A program made the position numbers and the translations under genes. DNA of 64,000 bases, from assembly GCA_020634555.1 (NCBI GenBank), contig JACKBK010000018.1, positions 987-64,986 on the forward strand, given 5' to 3'. Shown piece after piece: positions 61,507 to 64,000 of this stretch (position 1 is the stretch's first letter; each line of letters starts with the position of its first letter). The notes below the pieces were generated by a model. It ran no database searches, was not told where the DNA came from, and was given only the letters and a program-made list of their open reading frames with translations. The stretch is from Caldilineae bacterium. GTDB taxonomy: Bacteria > Chloroflexota > Anaerolineae > JAAEKA01.

Positions 61507-61535
61507 ATTTTACACAACTTGCATTACCCTGTCAA
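61507..61535 (-). promoter_or_regulatory. Sigma-70-type promoter of the vapBC-like module
   Basis: The minus strand reads TTGACA, a 17-nt spacer, then TAAAAT, about 35 nt upstream of the antitoxin ATG. Confidence 0.5.
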
Positions 61536-61629
61536 TCAAATGGATGCATCGGATTATGATGTGTATCATTGGCCCGTAATACTTCTTGTGCTAGGATTCG
61601 ACCAACAACCAGCGACAAGGAGGTCGCCA

Positions 61630-63840
61630 ATGACTGTCCCACCCTCGACCAGTCACGTTTCTCGTTTCACGTTTCACCCCTCGCCTGGCCAGACTCCCGG
61701 CGAGACAGGGTCCCCCCTCGACGCGTTCTTCAACCCGGCCGGCGTCGCGGTCATCGGCGCATCGGCCAATCCCAACAAACTCAGCCACGGCGTCCTGCGC
61801 AACCTGATCAGCTTTGGCTACCGCGGCGCTGTCTACCCGGTCAACCCGGGACGCAAGGAAATCCTGGGCCTGCCCTGTTACCCGACCATCACCGCTGTCC
61901 CCGATCCGCTGGACCTGGCGGTAATCGTCGTGCCGGCGCCGGTCTGTCCGGCTGCGCTGCACGAATGCGGCGTGCGCGGCATCAAGTCTGCCATCGTCAT
62001 CTCCGGCGGCTTTCGCGAGACGGGACCGGACGGCCTGGCGCTGGAACAGGAGCTGCTGGACATCGCCCGCCAGCACAACATGCGCCTCATCGGCCCCAAC
62101 TGTGTCGGCACGCTGGACGCCTACAGCGGCCTGGACACCAGCTTCATCCGCACCATGCCCGAACCGGGCGACATCGCCTTCATCAGCCAGTCGGGGGCGA
62201 TCTGCGGCGGGATTCTGGAGTGGACGGCCGGTAAGGGAGTGGGATTCAGCCGTTTTGCGACGCTGGGCAACGCGGCCGATGTCACCGAGACCGACCTGAT
62301 CGAGGCGCTGGCCGATGACCCGCGCACCAAGGTTATCGTCGCATACATCGAGGCCATCAAGGACGGGCCGCGCTTCATCGACGTAGCCAGCCGCGTGACG
62401 CCCCACAAGCCGATCCTCGTCATCAAGGCCGGCGCCACCGAAGCCGGCACGCGCGCCGTCTCGTCGCACACCGGCAGCCTGGCCGGCGCGATGGCCGCCT
62501 ACGACGCAGCGTTCAGGCAGAGCGGCGTGATCCGTGTCGACGATGTGGAGGATCTGTTCAACTTCGCGCTGGCATTGGCTTACGGTCCCTTGCCGCGCGG
62601 CCACCGGGTCGCGATCGTCACTAACGCCGGCGGGCCGGCCAGCCTGGCCGCCGATGCGCTGGAAGAAGCCGGTCTGACCATGCCATCTCCTTCCGTTGAA
62701 ACGCGCGACTACCTGGCCGCCCACACTTGCTCGGAAGCCCAGCTTGGCAATCCTATCGACATGCTGGGCGGCGCTGACGCGGCGGACTACGAGATGGCCG
62801 TGCGCGCGCTGCTGGCGGACCCCGCCTACGATGCGGTGTTGCCGATCCTGGTACCGCAGGCGCTGGTCAGCCCGGCGGCCGTTGCGGAAGCCATCGGCCG
62901 CGCGTCGGCAGACTTCCCCGATAAGCCGGTGGTGACGTGCTTCATGGGCGACGAAGCAGTGCGCGAGCCGATGATCGCGCTGCACCGCCACCGCATCGCG
63001 CTGTACCAATTTCCGAAGCAGGCGGCGCGGGCGTTGGGCGTGATGTGGCGATATGCGGAAGGAAGAGAGGGAAAGGAAGGAAATAAGGGAAAAGGGGAAA
63101 GAAGGAATGCGGTGGCATCGAGCGAAAACCGCCGTCCAGCGATCGACGTCCCGGAGGGCAGAACACACCTGGGCGAGGCGGAGGCGCGGCCGCTGCTGGC
63201 AGCTTATGACATACCGCAGCCGCGGGCCGAGTTAGCGCGGTCACCTGACGAAGCAGCGCGGCTGGCAGCCGGTCTGGGGTTCCCCGTGGTACTGAAGATC
63301 GTTTCGCCCGACGCCTTCCACAAGTCGGAGGTGGGGGGCATCGCCCTGAATCTGGGCAGCGAGGACAAGGTACGCGACGCGTATGTCGCCATGCTGGAAC
63401 GGGTTCGTGAACACCGCCCCAATGCCCGCATCGACGGCGTTCTGGTAACGCAGATGGCCCCGCCCGGCCATGAGTTGATCGTCGGGATGCGCCGTGACCC
63501 GCAGTTCGGCCCGCTGCTGATGTTCGGACTGGGCGGAATCTACGTCGAACTTCTCAAGGATGTCGCCTTCCGCGTCGCGCCGTTCGACCGGGCTGAAACG
63601 CTGGCGATGATCGGCGAGACCCACGCCGGCAAACTGCTACAAGGGCTGCGCGGCCAGCCACCGGCCGATATCGACGCGGTGGCCGAGGTCATCGAACGCG
63701 TTGCCAGGCTCGCGCTGGACTATCCGCGGATCCAGGAGATCGACATCAACCCGCTGATCGTGTACGCGGCCGGGCACGGCGCGCTGGCGGTGGACGTACG
63801 CATGGTGATCGATCAACTGAACGGTGCGTTGGGCGCGTGA
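61630..63840 (+). CDS. ADP-forming acetyl/acyl-CoA synthetase (fused CoA-binding, CoA-ligase and ATP-grasp domains)
   Basis: ORF 61519..63840 trimmed to the ATG at 61630, preceded by AAGGAGG. FFNPAGVAVIGAS..KLSHGVLRNL, IGPNCVG, SQSGAICGG and the C-terminal ATP-grasp FPVVLKIVSPDAFHKSEVGGI. A purine-rich insert sits in the inter-domain linker. Confidence 0.85.
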   Translation: MTVPPSTSHVSRFTFHPSPGQTPGETGSPLDAFFNPAGVAVIGASANPNKLSHGVLRNLISFGYRGAVYPVNPGRKEILGLPCYPTITAVPDPLDLAVIVVPAPVCPAALHECGVRGIKSAIVISGGFRETGPDGLALEQELLDIARQHNMRLIGPNCVGTLDAYSGLDTSFIRTMPEPGDIAFISQSGAICGGILEWTAGKGVGFSRFATLGNAADVTETDLIEALADDPRTKVIVAYIEAIKDGPRFIDVASRVTPHKPILVIKAGATEAGTRAVSSHTGSLAGAMAAYDAAFRQSGVIRVDDVEDLFNFALALAYGPLPRGHRVAIVTNAGGPASLAADALEEAGLTMPSPSVETRDYLAAHTCSEAQLGNPIDMLGGADAADYEMAVRALLADPAYDAVLPILVPQALVSPAAVAEAIGRASADFPDKPVVTCFMGDEAVREPMIALHRHRIALYQFPKQAARALGVMWRYAEGREGKEGNKGKGERRNAVASSENRRPAIDVPEGRTHLGEAEARPLLAAYDIPQPRAELARSPDEAARLAAGLGFPVVLKIVSPDAFHKSEVGGIALNLGSEDKVRDAYVAMLERVREHRPNARIDGVLVTQMAPPGHELIVGMRRDPQFGPLLMFGLGGIYVELLKDVAFRVAPFDRAETLAMIGETHAGKLLQGLRGQPPADIDAVAEVIERVARLALDYPRIQEIDINPLIVYAAGHGALAVDVRMVIDQLNGALGA

Positions 63841-63913
63841 CGCGGCGCGCCTGGGAGTGCCGCTCCCAGGCACGCTTAACCCCGATCGTTTGCTTCGGAA
63901 ACTGCCCCGCCTC

Positions 63914-64000
63914 TCAACCGTCGTGCGGCGCGGTCAACTCCACCTGGATGTTGTCTGGGTCACGGAACGCCAGCACGTAGATACCGAACGGCTGAAGATT
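63914..64000 (-). CDS. C-terminal end of a glyoxalase/VOC-family protein; the gene continues beyond the right edge
   Basis: My minus-strand translation reads ..NLQPFGIYVLAFRDPDNIQVELTAPHDG-stop. The FRDPDGxxxEL-type ending is typical of VOC proteins. Only 28 codons are visible. Confidence 0.4.
   Translation of the reverse strand, partial: NLQPFGIYVLAFRDPDNIQVELTAPHDG

Overview
This is a high-GC bacterial chromosomal window. Gene content and repeat families look Chloroflexota-like, but that is an inference I cannot verify here. I support about 55 protein-coding genes.

Main blocks, left to right:
- An SbcD-like nuclease gene cut by the left edge.
- Metabolic genes: amidohydrolase, acyl-CoA dehydrogenase and a luciferase-like monooxygenase.
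- CarD and an S1-domain protein.
- A MoxR/DUF58/DUF4129 operon.
- A three-gene helicase-nuclease module: an AddB-like P-loop protein, a UvrD-type helicase without a nuclease domain, and a separate Fe-S PD-(D/E)XK nuclease. It is followed by a REP-associated tyrosine transposase (RAYT) and recJ.
- obg, yefM-yoeB, and then a BBE-type FAD-linked oxidase gene, patB-like, nadD, a PduO-type adenosyltransferase gene and nfo.
- A visibly more AT-rich island at about 32.3-43.0 kb. It carries a GT4 glycosyltransferase, a polyprenyl-phosphate sugar transferase, a PqqD-like protein, a GT-C-like membrane protein, a radical SAM/SPASM enzyme, a 64-aa Ser/Thr-rich peptide ORF and a 1250-aa C25-peptidase/dockerin protein.
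- RNase J, PAP2 and an M20 peptidase.
- A Rieske / cytochrome b / two dihaem cytochrome c operon.
- arfB.
- A Val T-box leader driving two SAM methyltransferases plus valS.
- An AEC transporter, a DEAD-box helicase, an Smr protein, vapBC and an ADP-forming acyl-CoA synthetase.

No rRNA gene, tRNA gene or CRISPR array was found.

Most interesting observations:
1. The PqqD / GT-C / rSAM-SPASM / peptide cassette sits inside a lipid-linked glycan operon. It is a candidate uncharacterised, possibly glycosylated, RiPP-like system.
2. The T-box (GUC specifier) regulon includes two methyltransferases.
3. The AddAB-like machinery is split and has a single nuclease.
4. Several interspersed repeat families are present: modular MITEs with GTAAC termini, GACTTCGGAAGTC palindromes, 32-nt hairpins, and heptamer arrays that also sit in frame inside coding genes.

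All calls come from reading the sequence and the ORF track. No database search was run.
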